Counted from the stretch's first letter, positions 12,314-23,815 are shown. The stretch is DNA of 64,000 nucleotides from Nitrososphaerales archaeon (GCA_965197925.1 CBDAOC010000020.1:704001-768000); one strand, 5' to 3'. Made by a program: numbers and translations. Notes: a model not told the origin generated them from the sequence alone.

Positions 12314-12808
12314 ATGAAAAGGAAGACTCAGATTCTTGTGATTGGATATAACAGCAATTCATGCTCACGCAAGGCTTATGATATTGCTTACAGCGTAGGT
12401 AGAGAAATCGCTAAAAGGGAAGCAGTGTTAATAACAGGTGGACTAGGTGGTGTAATGGAGGCAGCAAGCAAGGGTTCAAGTGAAAATAATGGAATGGCAA
12501 TAGGGATAATTCCATTTGACGATCTTGATTATGCGAACAAGTATTGTGGTATAGTGGTGTGTACGGGAATTGGTTTTGCAAGGAACTTCATAACTGCTTA
12601 TTCTGCGGATGGTGTGATAATTGTTGGGGGAGGCATTGGAACATTGATAGAAGCTGGTGTTGCCTATATGAAGGAGAAGCCTATAGTAGCGATGTTTGGA
12701 AGTGGGGGAATTGCTGACAAGTATGCCGGTAAATATCTTGATGAACGAAAACTTGTGAAGATACTTGCAGCTAAGACCCCTAAAGAAGCAATGGACATCA
12801 TTCTTTAG
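12314..12808 (+). CDS. LOG/TIGR00725-family Rossmann-fold protein
   Basis: LITGGLGGVMEAASKG, ARNF and GGGIGTLIE motifs. Confidence 0.9.
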   Translation: MKRKTQILVIGYNSNSCSRKAYDIAYSVGREIAKREAVLITGGLGGVMEAASKGSSENNGMAIGIIPFDDLDYANKYCGIVVCTGIGFARNFITAYSADGVIIVGGGIGTLIEAGVAYMKEKPIVAMFGSGGIADKYAGKYLDERKLVKILAAKTPKEAMDIIL

Positions 12809-12835
12809 ATCATGTTGAATCTGTTAACTTATAAT

Positions 12836-13711
12836 CAACTGATCCCAAAACTGATCATTTAGTGAATAATTGACGATCATTTGGATCTATTTGCAATGCT
12901 GCCCGTAGCAGATCATGAAATTTCAGGAGATAACAGGTGAACAATGGAAGATGATATCACCGCATCTCCCCAAGCCAGCCAGAACCGGAAGGCCAAGGGC
13001 AGACGACAGAAAGACAGTCAACGGAATCCTGTTTGTCGGGATAACAGGATGCAGGTGGACTGGGATGTCACAAAGGTACGGCTCCAAATCAACTGCGCAC
13101 CGCAGACTGCAGAACTGGCAGCGACGTGGAATATGGAAGAATATCCTCTCCGCTGCAGTCAAATCAGCCCACAGATCAGGCAAGATGCAGCTGCAAAAAA
13201 CGGTCGATTCGTCATCAGTTCCGGCCAAAAAAGGGGAAGCGTCATAGGATACAACGGATTCAACAGGATTTCAGGCACAAAAATACACGTTGCGGTGGAA
13301 CAAAACGGACTGCCAGTCTCAGTAGTGATGGGTCCTGCAAATCAGCATGACTCCCAGACTTGTAGACGTGATGGATGGCATCTCACAATATCTGGATGAG
13401 AGATCTATCAGAAAAATTGCGCGGTGCCAAGCAGACAAGGGCTATGATGCAGAATTCATCAGGAAATACCTCACCAAAAGAAAAATCTCTGACTGCATAC
13501 CTTACAGAAAAAACAGTAAGACACAACAACAAAATGATGATACAGAACAATACCTATACGGCAAGACGCGCTATGTTGTGGAGAGATTCTTTGCCTGGTT
13601 GAAGAATGGGTTCCACAACCAGGATCAGATATGAGAAGAATGCACAAAACTATCTGGCATTTGTTATCATTTCGTCGATTATGATGTATTGGAGAGTATT
13701 GGGATGACTTC
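12836..13711 (+). mobile_element. IS family B copy B2, IS5 family, defective
   Basis: Same termini as B1. 3-bp TSD AAT/AAT. Two extra frameshifts in orfB. Confidence 0.95.
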
Positions 13712-13952
13712 AATTTCAATAAGTTTCAATGATCAAATCAATGGTATTGCTAATCGAGTATGAAACTAATTCATACTTCAATTGGCCTCACAATGCGTCT
13801 AGTGCTTCAGAGATTATCATATATCAATTTGAACTTTTTACTTTTATCAATTAATAATAAGAGATCTAATTTTATTAATTGAAAAGATTATGACCATTAT
13901 CCATATCTCTAGTTTCATAATTCTGTATGTTTATTGGGCACTATTGTTAACG

Positions 13953-15104
13953 CTATACATCAATACCTGCTATTTTTAGTAATGTTTGATCAGGTTTGTA
14001 AAAACCACCATATTTTTTCGCAGCCTCATTCAATTCGGTTACTATCTGTGCAAACCCAAACTTTTCTGCAAGGGGGAATAGACCCTCCTTCAATCCAAGA
14101 CCAAACTTTGTTGCTCTGTCTATGTCTTCTCTATTGCTAACCCCATTAGTTATCAACCAACAAGCATTATTAACAGCAACTCCAAGTAAACGCAGAGGAT
14201 TGTGATGTTCAGAGTCCTCTGGAGTTAGTCTAACCCTCCCAAATGTACTCCCCTCATACTCGTAAAAACCCTTACCAGACTTTTGACCGTAATTACTTTC
14301 ATTAAATAACTTCTCAACAACTGGATGTGGACTAATTACGCCTTTGTCTCTAGAAAACATCTCCTGCGTTGCATTGTGTACAACATCTATCCCGGTATAA
14401 TCGGCGAGCTCAAATATCCCCATAGGGAATCCTAGTTTGAATTTTATAGACGCATCTATTTCAGTCATCTTCGTATTATCTCTCTCAAGCGACCATGCAG
14501 CCTCGTGAATAAGGGGAATGAAGATCCTATTAATAATGAAACCCGCAACATCTTTCCTGCATAATACGGGTTCTTTACCAACATTCTTGACATATTCGAT
14601 AGTTGCATCAATCAGATCTCTCTCAGTTTGAGCTCCAGGTATCACTTCAACTAGCCGCATCAGTTGTGGGGGGTTAAAGAAGTGTATTCCAATGAATCTT
14701 GTGGGTCTCGTCGTAACCTTTGACAATTCTGTAATCGGTAACGTACTAGTATTTGATGCAAATACAGTCTTACTTGATGCAAGTTTATCAAGATCTGAAT
14801 AAACCTTCTTCTTCAAATTCATATTCTCCGGTACAGCTTCAATCACAAGGTCACTGTCATCAAGAGACTCTTTTAAATCAACATTTGTCTTTATATTATC
14901 CACGATCTGCTCAGATTCTTCTTTTGAAATCTTCCTCTTTTCCACAAGTTTATCTAGACTCCATATGATCTTCTCCATTGCTGTGTCAAGAAACTTTTGA
15001 TCTATGTCGCGTAAAGTTACTTTATAACCAGCCATTGCAGAAACTTGTGCAATACCATGACCCATCACTCCAGCACCAAGCACGGTTATCCTTTTAATAT
15101 TCAT
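13953..15104 (-). CDS. 3-hydroxyacyl-CoA (3-hydroxybutyryl-CoA) dehydrogenase
   Basis: GAGVMGHGIA, VIEAVPE, ASNTSTL and GIHFFNP motifs, with a duplicated C-terminal domain. Confidence 0.92.
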   Translation of the reverse strand: MNIKRITVLGAGVMGHGIAQVSAMAGYKVTLRDIDQKFLDTAMEKIIWSLDKLVEKRKISKEESEQIVDNIKTNVDLKESLDDSDLVIEAVPENMNLKKKVYSDLDKLASSKTVFASNTSTLPITELSKVTTRPTRFIGIHFFNPPQLMRLVEVIPGAQTERDLIDATIEYVKNVGKEPVLCRKDVAGFIINRIFIPLIHEAAWSLERDNTKMTEIDASIKFKLGFPMGIFELADYTGIDVVHNATQEMFSRDKGVISPHPVVEKLFNESNYGQKSGKGFYEYEGSTFGRVRLTPEDSEHHNPLRLLGVAVNNACWLITNGVSNREDIDRATKFGLGLKEGLFPLAEKFGFAQIVTELNEAAKKYGGFYKPDQTLLKIAGIDV

Positions 15105-15508
15105 GAATGTACACCTGTAAGATCAGATAGTTTTTAAAATTGTCTATGTAAGATAAAGAATTATTCCCAATTCGAGTTCATATAAATGGGAATATTATTG
15201 TATTAGGTTTACACTCATCATAACTTAATTAATACATTTGAAATTGTATTAACCAAACTTCTAACCGATAATTACAAACAGTTCTCTCTACTTTCAAGAG
15301 TATCTTTAGTGAACATGGGAAGGCAGTCAAATGGAAGAATATGTTGAAGGAACTGATGCTGAAGGCTTCCAGATACAACATGTTCATTGCAGTGAACCCA
15401 AAAGGGGTTGGATAACTGCTATAATATGGTAATTATTTGACACAGCAATTTTATTGATACGATTTAATTACAAAATTTAAATTATGAGGAAAGAATGAGA
15501 AAGATAGA

Positions 15509-17045
15509 TTGGATCTTGAGAAGTTCACTCGAGATGTGAACGTTGTCACATACAAGTTATGCATGAATGAAGATGAGCTTATCTTGCAGAGGGTAAATTT
15601 CGTCAAAGAGAGGCTGATTGATCTCTATAAACACAATTTGGTAAAAATAAATCACTCCGTCATGGAGCTTATCTGCGCTAAGCATTTAATAAAATATGGT
15701 TATGAGGTCGATGTCGAACGACATCTTTCAGATACATTAGTTTGTGATGTTTATGCTACGAAAGGGGACGGAAGTATTGTGGTTGAAATCGAAACAGGTT
15801 TTACTCCCCCGGAACATGCACTAGATCCTATTACCAACTCATCTCAAAACCCTACAATACATCAAAAATGATGCAGGATTAACAAATGCCAGGTAGTTTT
15901 CTGCCGTTCTTTCATACCTGGTTCTTGTTCTGTGAAATCCATTCTTGAGCCATGCAAGGAATCTCTCAACTACAAATCTTGTCTTGCTGTAATGTTTGTA
16001 ATCATTATTTTGCAAGATGAACTTGGAATTTATTTTGTATGGGATGCAACATGCAATATTTCTATCCCACAAATACATTCTGATGTATTTTGCATCATTT
16101 TGTCTGCATAAACTGGTTCTATCTGTTGTATTGAATCATCATCAAGATAGTCTGAAATTGATTCTATAACATCCATGCATTTTGTACTGTCATGTTCATT
16201 TGCTGGACTCAACAGTATGGATATTGGAAATCCGTTACCCTCTACTGCGGCATGTATTTTTGTACCTGTTATTCTCTTGAATCCATTATATCCAGTTACA
16301 TTGCCCCTTTTTTATCAGGAATGGATGAAGAGTCAACTGATATTTTTTGTAGATTAATTTTGCCAGATTTATGTGCTGAGTGAATAGTACGCGATAGAAT
16401 CTTTTTCCAGATTCCTTTTTGTTGCCATTTGTTTAACCTTCTGTTTGCAGTAGAATCATCACCATATCTTTTTGGCATATCGTCCCATCGGCATCCAGTA
16501 GTTAGAACATGGATTATTCCGTTAATGATTTTTCTATCATAATCCCTAGGCCTGCCAGTTTTTGCATGTGGTGGTATGTGTGATTCCATCATACTCCACT
16601 GTTTGTCTGATAATTCTTGGAATTTCATAAAATAATTTTAGATGTCGCTATTCATAGATCTAAATGGCCGCTAAAAATTGTCTAAATGGTTAGTTTTGAG
16701 ATGAGTTGTACTTATTATGTTACAAAAATTGCCAGTAAAATAACTAGATACAGCCAATATGCAAATAAATTTGCTTTGGCTACACCAATAATGAGTATTC
16801 TTCCTTTACCTGAAATCTTTTTGAAACTACCGAGGAATAGGAGACCCATAGAGACAAATAAACTCAAGGTATTGTGTGATAATTATTACAAGAATCCCGC
16901 CCTAGACACACCCACGATGGCTAATGCACGTCTCCATGCAGTTTATTTGATAAACATAGATGAAACAAGAATCACGGAGTTAGATCCTGACACCTATCAG
17001 GGACTTGTGGATGACCTGAACAGTTCGTCGGGATTTCGAGTATAG
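15509..17045 (+). pseudogene. Hypothetical protein (PD-(D/E)xK-like motif) interrupted by IS C1
   Basis: Removing the IS and one TAC gives a continuous frame ...CDVYATKGDGSIVVEIETGFTPPEHALDPIT|YYVTKIASKITRYS... Confidence 0.85.
15835..16708 (-). mobile_element. IS family C copy C1, IS5 family, defective
   Basis: Perfect 16-bp TIR CAACTCATCTCAAAAC. TSD TAC/TAC. orfA 16296..16628 and an A6G4 slip site. Deletion within the DKGYD motif. Confidence 0.97.
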
Positions 17046-17393
17046 TATATCAAAGATATGCGATGAGCAAAAATAATTTTATGTTAGTTATCTAATCAAA
17101 AATGCAAGATGATTAACCGATAAGAATCGAGAGACTAGGGTGGCTCTGATCTGAATAATATTGAATTTTCCAGTGGTATAATATATGATTGTAGAATCTT
17201 ATAGAACACCAACTATAGCGAGTTGACGTAATATAGGATGTGAACCTAAACAAGGACATGGAGGAAGTAGATAGTCTTATCATTTTCGAGTATTATAGAA
17301 TTTTTTCATATATCATGAATGAATTTCACATTTTGCGTCCAATTTTTACAAACTATACTTTTAATTCGTGAGCTTACAAGTTATATAGTTTTA

Positions 17394-18230
17394 ATGGGGG
17401 CAAACAAACAATTGAAGAAAATAGGTATTATTGGGTGTGGAACTATTGGCTCTGAACTAGCTAGGACAATAAATGCAACAAAAATAAACGCAAAACTGGT
17501 TTCCTTATTTGATATAAACCTAGATGCTACAAGAAAACTTGCAAATAAACTTGATATCAAAGTCGTTGTTGCAAAGTCAATAGATGAATTTTTATCGGTT
17601 GATACAGATATTGTTTTAGAATCAGCCTCACAGAAAGCTGTATGGAATTATGCGAAGATCGTGTTGGAACGTGGTATGGACATTATGATAATGAGCGAGG
17701 GTGCATTACTAAACAGGAGATTGTACCGTGCGGTTATCGATACTGCTGAAAAGTATGATGTAAAAATCTATCTTCCGACAGGTGCGATTGGTGGGATAGA
17801 TGCTATCAGAAATGTGAAGAGTATTCTTGCTGAAGTAAAACTTACAACAACAAAGAATCCCAAAGGTTTTGAAGGTGCACCGTTTTTTGATACGCATAGA
17901 ATAGATCTGAAAAATATTAAAAAACCAACAATTCTCTATGAGGGAAAGGCCTTGGAAGCTGTGAAACTGTTCCCCGCAAACGTGAATGTAGCAGCAATAT
18001 TGAGTTTGGCAGGTATTGGAGGAGACAAGACGAAAGTTAGAATTGTGGCTGATCCAAAATCAATTATGAATGTGCATGAAGTATCTGCCAAGGGAAAATT
18101 CGGTGAAATGTATTTCCAGTTCAAAAACTTCCCCAGCCCTGTGAATCCTAAGACAAGTTATCTTGCAGTACTTTCAGCGGTAGAATGTCTGCGCTCTATT
18201 TGCAACGATAGAGTGAAAATAGGAACTTGA
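17394..18230 (+). CDS. nadX: L-aspartate dehydrogenase
   Basis: IGCGTIG, PTGAIGGID, FPANVNVAA and NPKTSYLA motifs. Adjacent to nadA and nadC. Confidence 0.93.
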   Translation: MGANKQLKKIGIIGCGTIGSELARTINATKINAKLVSLFDINLDATRKLANKLDIKVVVAKSIDEFLSVDTDIVLESASQKAVWNYAKIVLERGMDIMIMSEGALLNRRLYRAVIDTAEKYDVKIYLPTGAIGGIDAIRNVKSILAEVKLTTTKNPKGFEGAPFFDTHRIDLKNIKKPTILYEGKALEAVKLFPANVNVAAILSLAGIGGDKTKVRIVADPKSIMNVHEVSAKGKFGEMYFQFKNFPSPVNPKTSYLAVLSAVECLRSICNDRVKIGT

Positions 18231-18325
18231 ATCCAAAAATCTAGGCAATTATCGCATGCTAATTTAATCTGTTAGACAACCAATCCCGCCATTATATCCG
18301 TTTAAATATACTTTTTTGAAGTCCA

Positions 18326-19291
18326 ATGGTAATGGAAAACAATTCTCTAAAGGATAGGATACTGTACTTAAAGAAGCAGAAAAATGCAATAATCTTGGCA
18401 CATAATTATCAAATACCGGACGTGCAGGATGTAGCAGATTTTGTAGGAGATTCTCTAGGTCTTTCACAACAGGCTGCGAGTGCAACTGAAGAAATTATTG
18501 TGTTTTGCGGAGTGCACTTCATGGCAGAAACAGCATCGATAATATGTCCTGACAAGAAGGTATTGATACCCGATACAGAGGCAGGATGCTCGTTATCTGA
18601 TACTATAGATGCGGATGAATTGATGAAATGGAAAGAAGACTATCCTAATGCTGTAGTTGTTGGATATGTTAATACAACAGCTGATGTGAAGGCAATGTGT
18701 GATTACTGTTGTACATCAAGCAACGCCGTAAAGGTCGTTAACAGCATACCTGCAGACAGGACTGTGTTATTCCTGCCTGACATGTTCCTCGGCGCCTATG
18801 TAGCTGAAGTTACTAATCGAAAGAATATGTTCATCTGGCCGGGAGAGTGCCATGTGCATGCCGGCATACGACCAGAGATGATAAATAAGATGTTGATGAT
18901 GCACAAAGGAGCTGAATTCCTGATACATCCAGAATGTGGTTGTACAACTTCAATGATGTATTACTATGGTAAGGGTAATGGTATGGATAATGAAAATTGT
19001 AATAATGTAAAGTTTTTCTCAACGGAAGGTATGATGAAACAAGCAAAGAATTCGAATGCTAAGAAATTCCTAATTGCAACAGAAACAGGGATCCTATACC
19101 GAATGCAGAAGGAGAATCCAGATAAGAAGTTCATACCCATGAGTGAAAATGCAATATGCAAGTTCATGAAGATGATCACTCTAGATAAAGTTTTAAAGTC
19201 CCTCGAAGAAATGGTATATGAGGTCAAGGTGCCTGAGAGTACTGCAGCGAAGGCGAAATTAGCGATAGACAGGATGCTTGCTATAAATTAA
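18326..19291 (+). CDS. nadA: Quinolinate synthase A
   Basis: ILAHNYQ, FCGVHFMAET, AGCSL, GECHVH and HPEC motifs. Confidence 0.97.
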   Translation: MVMENNSLKDRILYLKKQKNAIILAHNYQIPDVQDVADFVGDSLGLSQQAASATEEIIVFCGVHFMAETASIICPDKKVLIPDTEAGCSLSDTIDADELMKWKEDYPNAVVVGYVNTTADVKAMCDYCCTSSNAVKVVNSIPADRTVLFLPDMFLGAYVAEVTNRKNMFIWPGECHVHAGIRPEMINKMLMMHKGAEFLIHPECGCTTSMMYYYGKGNGMDNENCNNVKFFSTEGMMKQAKNSNAKKFLIATETGILYRMQKENPDKKFIPMSENAICKFMKMITLDKVLKSLEEMVYEVKVPESTAAKAKLAIDRMLAIN

Positions 19292-20127
19292 GTTTGTTGT
19301 ATTTCAAGGCTCATATCTATAGCTTTTACAGAATTTGTCAAGCCTCCGATGGATATAATATCTATATCTATGGATGCATAAAGCTTTACGTTCCTATGTG
19401 TTATACCTCCAGACACCTCTATCAAAACATTGTTACGTAATCTATTTTTCTTCAAAGCATTAACAATTGATCTTACCTGCTTTGGGGTAAGGTTATCGAG
19501 CATTATCATGTCAGCCCCTGCCTCTATAGCTTCAACAGCTTCTCCGAGGTTTCTAATTTCAACCTCAATCCTAGTTCGGCCCCGACGAATTTCTCTGGCC
19601 TTTTTAACAGCTGCATGAACAGAATCCATAATTACAAGATGGTTATCCTTTATCAGAATCATTTCGTCAAGTCGTACTCTATGCGTTAACCCTCCTCCAA
19701 TTTTGACCGCTCTTTTATCGAAAATCCTAAACCCGGGTGAGGTCTTTCTAGTACATGCGATCCCTACATTACAATTTATTTTTTTAATTTCATCAATAAA
19801 GCATTTTGTTTCAGTAGCTATTCCGCTCATTCGCATGAGTACATTCAAAGCAGTTCTCTCTGTTGCTAAGATTGCTTTGGCATTTCCTTCTATCGAAACA
19901 ATGGTTGAATTTGGTTTAATAATTGATCCTTCCTTTACTAGGTTCTTTGTTTTACACTCCATCAGTTCAAATAATGTATCAATTTCATTTAGGCCAGCAA
20001 CGATCCCCTTCTGCTTGCAGATTATTTCTCCTTTTGCCTGAACATCGGGTAGTATCATGCTGGTTACATCTCCACAACCAATATCCTCCTTTAGATATTC
20101 CGCAAGTGCCTCCTTTAGCACCAGCAT
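19288..20127 (-). CDS. nadC: Quinolinate phosphoribosyltransferase
   Basis: ERTALN, CTRKTSPG, LIKDNH, IMLDN and EVSGGIT motifs. Confidence 0.97.
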   Translation of the reverse strand: MLVLKEALAEYLKEDIGCGDVTSMILPDVQAKGEIICKQKGIVAGLNEIDTLFELMECKTKNLVKEGSIIKPNSTIVSIEGNAKAILATERTALNVLMRMSGIATETKCFIDEIKKINCNVGIACTRKTSPGFRIFDKRAVKIGGGLTHRVRLDEMILIKDNHLVIMDSVHAAVKKAREIRRGRTRIEVEIRNLGEAVEAIEAGADMIMLDNLTPKQVRSIVNALKKNRLRNNVLIEVSGGITHRNVKLYASIDIDIISIGGLTNSVKAIDMSLEIQQT

Positions 20128-20128
20128 C

Positions 20129-20317
20129 TCATGTTACCTTTAAAGCATACTTCCCTTTTTTTATTATATTCAGTGCCTTTGCAACCCGTGAATTTTCTGA
20201 ACGAACTATCAGTATTATTCCAGACCAATCTGGTGTCAGGTCCGATGATTTGCATATAGGGCACACCTTCCCCGTTGTAATGGCTCTGCACTTTCTGCAA
20301 GCTAACTCTTTTACCAG
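20129..20317 (-). CDS. spt4: Transcription elongation factor Spt4 (RpoE2), apparent CTG start; missed by the ORF track
   Basis: (M)VKELACRKCRAITTGKVCPICKSSDLTPDWSGIILI...GKYALKVT*, 62 aa. GGAGG lies 8 nt upstream of the CTG. Confidence 0.92.
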   Translation of the reverse strand: MVKELACRKCRAITTGKVCPICKSSDLTPDWSGIILIVRSENSRVAKALNIIKKGKYALKVT

Positions 20318-20908
20318 CTAGCTTGCCTCCTGCACTTGTTGTTTCTCCTGTACCCGTCCACTAGCCTTCTTGACCTCTTCTTCTATCCATTCTTCTGCAC
20401 CCAAGAATGGTTGTCTGCATGTAATTCCTATCTTTCCCATTGCAGCCCCTTTGCCCAAACTTACAGCTGTAATCCTTGCCCTTATTTTTGAATTAATCTT
20501 CAAAGTTTTTGCACTCTGCGTAGCGATTATCATTCCCGCCTTGAGATCACTCTTTAAGTAATTATCAAGTATTTGAGATAGATGTAGTAGGGCATCCGTT
20601 GGTCCTATTCTAACAAATGCACCAAATTCCGTGATTTCAACGATTTCACCTTCAACAATTTCCTGCAATATGGGAAAGAATGTCAAGGATCTGAAACTCA
20701 CTCTATGGTAAGTAGCTCCCTCACCAGCAATCAACTTTCCTGTTGAGTTAACATCAGCATTAATTATCATTATGACATATCCTAGCTCTGGGCTGATCAT
20801 ACTTTCATATTTTTCCTTCAAAATGCTTATGGCTGCTTCACTTAATGATGTACCCAGACGATTAGGCGGTATCCTAATTACATCTGACATGTCAACAATA
20901 GTAAACAT
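20318..20908 (-). CDS. rpoE1: DNA-directed RNA polymerase subunit E' (Rpo7)
   Basis: EIVEGEIVEITEFGAFVRIGPTDALLHLSQI S1 domain and KIGITCRQPFLG. Confidence 0.97.
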   Translation of the reverse strand: MFTIVDMSDVIRIPPNRLGTSLSEAAISILKEKYESMISPELGYVIMIINADVNSTGKLIAGEGATYHRVSFRSLTFFPILQEIVEGEIVEITEFGAFVRIGPTDALLHLSQILDNYLKSDLKAGMIIATQSAKTLKINSKIRARITAVSLGKGAAMGKIGITCRQPFLGAEEWIEEEVKKASGRVQEKQQVQEAS

Positions 20909-21241
20909 ATATGAGAGAGAGAAGAAAGTATCAATTTATGAATCTTTTGTTTAGAGTGAGGACAAGAGATCAATTAAGATGTAAGACCTTAATCCTTCCT
21001 GATTAACTACTGTAAATTTAACTCATGAACACAACAATATTGAATTATAGTGACTTTTATATATTATAAAAATTAGTTGTAAAAAGTGTTTTTTCGCTAT
21101 TGTATTCATAGGAGACAAATCAATTCATCGCTATTTCATGCGATTTGTTTAAGAAACAATAAGTCTGATATTGTAATATAATTTTACAATTTGATCAGCA
21201 ATCAAATGAGGTTTATCATTATAGAAATGATTGAACCAGTA

Positions 21242-22201
21242 GGCTCTGCAGAAACCATACCATAAATACAGTCAATCTATGCATGTTGTAGGCTATCACT
21301 CTGAACATCAGTTCCCTATTCTATATCTTCACCAGTCTTGATGTTATATGCTTACCAAACTTCTCTTCATCACTGATAGTATCGCCTCATTCTTGTTTCT
21401 TTGATGGTATAGAGATGTATAGAACCTCCTCTTCATTTGCTTCCTGTACCTTCTATGTGTTCTCTATACTGGAACATCTTCATATCTAGTTGGTATGATA
21501 CTAACAGCATCAAGTTCTTCTCGTACAAATTCATGATTTGCTTCGCTATCATAGCCCTTGTTTGCTACAACGATAGATAATGGCATTATGTTTGATGCTC
21601 TTTCCACAATGGGTTTGAAATCTACAGTATCATGCTTAGGAGCACGCCTGATCTTTAATGAACATGTTATTTGCTCTCTTAATTCAGCACCCATCGATAG
21701 CTTGATGTACTTCTTCCTTATTCGTGCTCTGTCTGTGTAGTATGACGATGCACTGCTCGACCTGAATCCAGACGCATCTATTCCTACCAACAATTTCCTA
21801 ATCTTGGTAAGGAGTATGAATGAAGAAATTATTCTGTATGGTATGCTGTCATCTATCCCTGCAGAAAATTTCTGAAATGTAGTATAATGTGGGCCGATCT
21901 AACTGGATGAACATTCTGAGAAAGTATGTTTCATGCAACAATTCCACAAACCTTCTAAAGCTCTTCCCTTCATACTGCCTAAATGCTAGCAGGATGAAAT
22001 ATTGTCATACCGACTACATATGGTTGCTCTTCCTGTGCATGTAGGAAGGTACTATAGCCCTTATCAAGACACTAAGTATTGTTTTTGCAAGTTTGGCATA
22101 TCACGATTCTTTCATGCATAAGTATGCATGGCATGTAACACATTGGTCTAATGGTTCAATTCGATATTCAATATGCTAAAATCTATGGTTTCTACAAAGC
22201 C
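21242..22201 (-). mobile_element. IS family E, IS5 family (IS903-like ends), heavily decayed
   Basis: TIR GGCTCTGCAGAAACCATA / rc GGCTTTGTAGAAACCATA. Transposase fragment GIDASGF...ANKGYDSE (catalytic D to N). Flanks AACCAGTA/AAATAGTA match 6/8. Confidence 0.88.
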
Positions 22202-22254
22202 AAATAGTATGAATATTTAAATAACTTGTTTTGAAGATATTTGTTGAAGACTAG

Positions 22255-23325
22255 ATGGTTAATGTAGATGAGGTTCTAGACGCCTTGAAGACAGTAATAG
22301 ATCCTGAACTTCATAGGGATATAGTATCTATGGGGATGATCAAGGATCTCTGCATTAATGTGGGAGTGGTTAGTTTTAATTTGGAACTTACTACTCCTGC
22401 ATGTCCATACAACAGCGAGATAGAACAAGAGGTTAGGGAAAAGGTAAAAGCAATTAACGGTGTTAAAGATCTTGAATTGAAGGTATCAGCAAGAGTAATG
22501 GAGGGCAGATCGATTGGGGTAGACGAGCTTTTACCCAAGGTGAAGAATGTTATTGCCGTTGCAAGTGGAAAGGGAGGGGTTGGTAAAAGTACAGTCGCAG
22601 TTAACACCGCCTTGGCATTAGCTAGGACTGGTGCGAAGGTTGGGTTGCTTGATGCAGATATTTATGGACCAAGTATACCTTTAATGCTTGGTTTAAAGGC
22701 AGGACTTGATGCTGAGGAGAACAAATTAGTACCACAACAGGCTCACGGCTTGAAGGTAATATCCATGGGTCTTGTTCCACAGCAGGGAGAGCAAAATGTG
22801 GGTATATGGCGAGGACCCATAATATCTGGTATAATCAAACAGTTTCTTACCGATGTCAATTGGGGTGAGCTTGATTATTTGGTGGTAGATTTACCACCTG
22901 GCACTGGTGACGTACCACTAACACTTGCACAAACCATTCCAATAACTGGTGTGGTAGTTGTTAGTACACCTCAGGACGCAGCTATGAATATTGCTTTAAA
23001 GGCCGCACTCATGTTCAAGAAACTTAACATTCCTATAATAGGTGTTGTTGAAAACATGAGTCATTTCGAATGTCCACATTGTAACAAGGAAACACATATT
23101 TTTGGCACGGGTGGAGAGGAGCGAGTAAGAGAAAAATTTGATGTTGCATACCTAGGGCAGATACCGCTACATCCAGAAATAATGGAGGGTAGTGATGCTG
23201 GTAATCCAATTCTTGTCAAAGAACCCGATTCTCCACATGCTAAAGCCTTCAATAATATAGCTATGATTGCAGCGGGAAGGATCAGCGTGATTGCTGCAGA
23301 GATGCAGACCAATGCAGCTCAATAG
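22255..23325 (+). CDS. mrp: Mrp/NBP35 (ApbC) Fe-S cluster carrier ATPase with N-terminal DUF59
   Basis: SGKGGVGKST, DADIYGPS, DLPPGTGD and ENMSHFECPHC motifs. Confidence 0.95.
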   Translation: MVNVDEVLDALKTVIDPELHRDIVSMGMIKDLCINVGVVSFNLELTTPACPYNSEIEQEVREKVKAINGVKDLELKVSARVMEGRSIGVDELLPKVKNVIAVASGKGGVGKSTVAVNTALALARTGAKVGLLDADIYGPSIPLMLGLKAGLDAEENKLVPQQAHGLKVISMGLVPQQGEQNVGIWRGPIISGIIKQFLTDVNWGELDYLVVDLPPGTGDVPLTLAQTIPITGVVVVSTPQDAAMNIALKAALMFKKLNIPIIGVVENMSHFECPHCNKETHIFGTGGEERVREKFDVAYLGQIPLHPEIMEGSDAGNPILVKEPDSPHAKAFNNIAMIAAGRISVIAAEMQTNAAQ

Positions 23326-23815
23326 GGAAGAACTTCAGCTTCTAAAGAAACCTATGGGCGTCCTCATTGATAATAAACAAGTTAATCTGGACTATTTATC
23401 ACAATATCTTGGGGTTGAGCTGATAATCAGTGTAGGTGATGGCACCACAGATAAACTGTTTGAACTTGGTATAATTCCTGCTATCCAAATAGTGGATGGG
23501 AAGGAAAGAAGAATTGAGAGGAATCTTCCTTTGGAAAATTACATTAAAGTTATACGTTGCAATAACCCAGCAGGCACAATTTCAATTGAAGCAATAAATG
23601 CCTTCAGGAAGGCCCTAGCATCTGAAAAACCTGTAAGAATACTCGTAGATGGAGAGGAGGATCTAACTGGTGTAATTGTTCTTGCACTAGCTCCAGACAA
23701 TTCTATTCTGTTTTATGGACAACCATTGGAAGGACTGGTTATTGTTAGGGTAGATAATCAAGCAAGACGCAAACTAAAAGAAATAATAAATAAGATACGT
23801 TTATCGCTGAACTGA
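23312..23815 (+). CDS. DUF359 family, GTP-dependent dephospho-CoA kinase
   Basis: SVGD, IVDGKERR, NPAGTI, VDGEEDL and YGQPLEG motifs. Confidence 0.9.
   Translation: MQLNREELQLLKKPMGVLIDNKQVNLDYLSQYLGVELIISVGDGTTDKLFELGIIPAIQIVDGKERRIERNLPLENYIKVIRCNNPAGTISIEAINAFRKALASEKPVRILVDGEEDLTGVIVLALAPDNSILFYGQPLEGLVIVRVDNQARRKLKEIINKIRLSLN

Noticed and set aside
20115..20300. 61-aa ORF-track protein MQKVQSHY...
   Set aside because: Wrong frame; the real gene is spt4 at 20129..20317.
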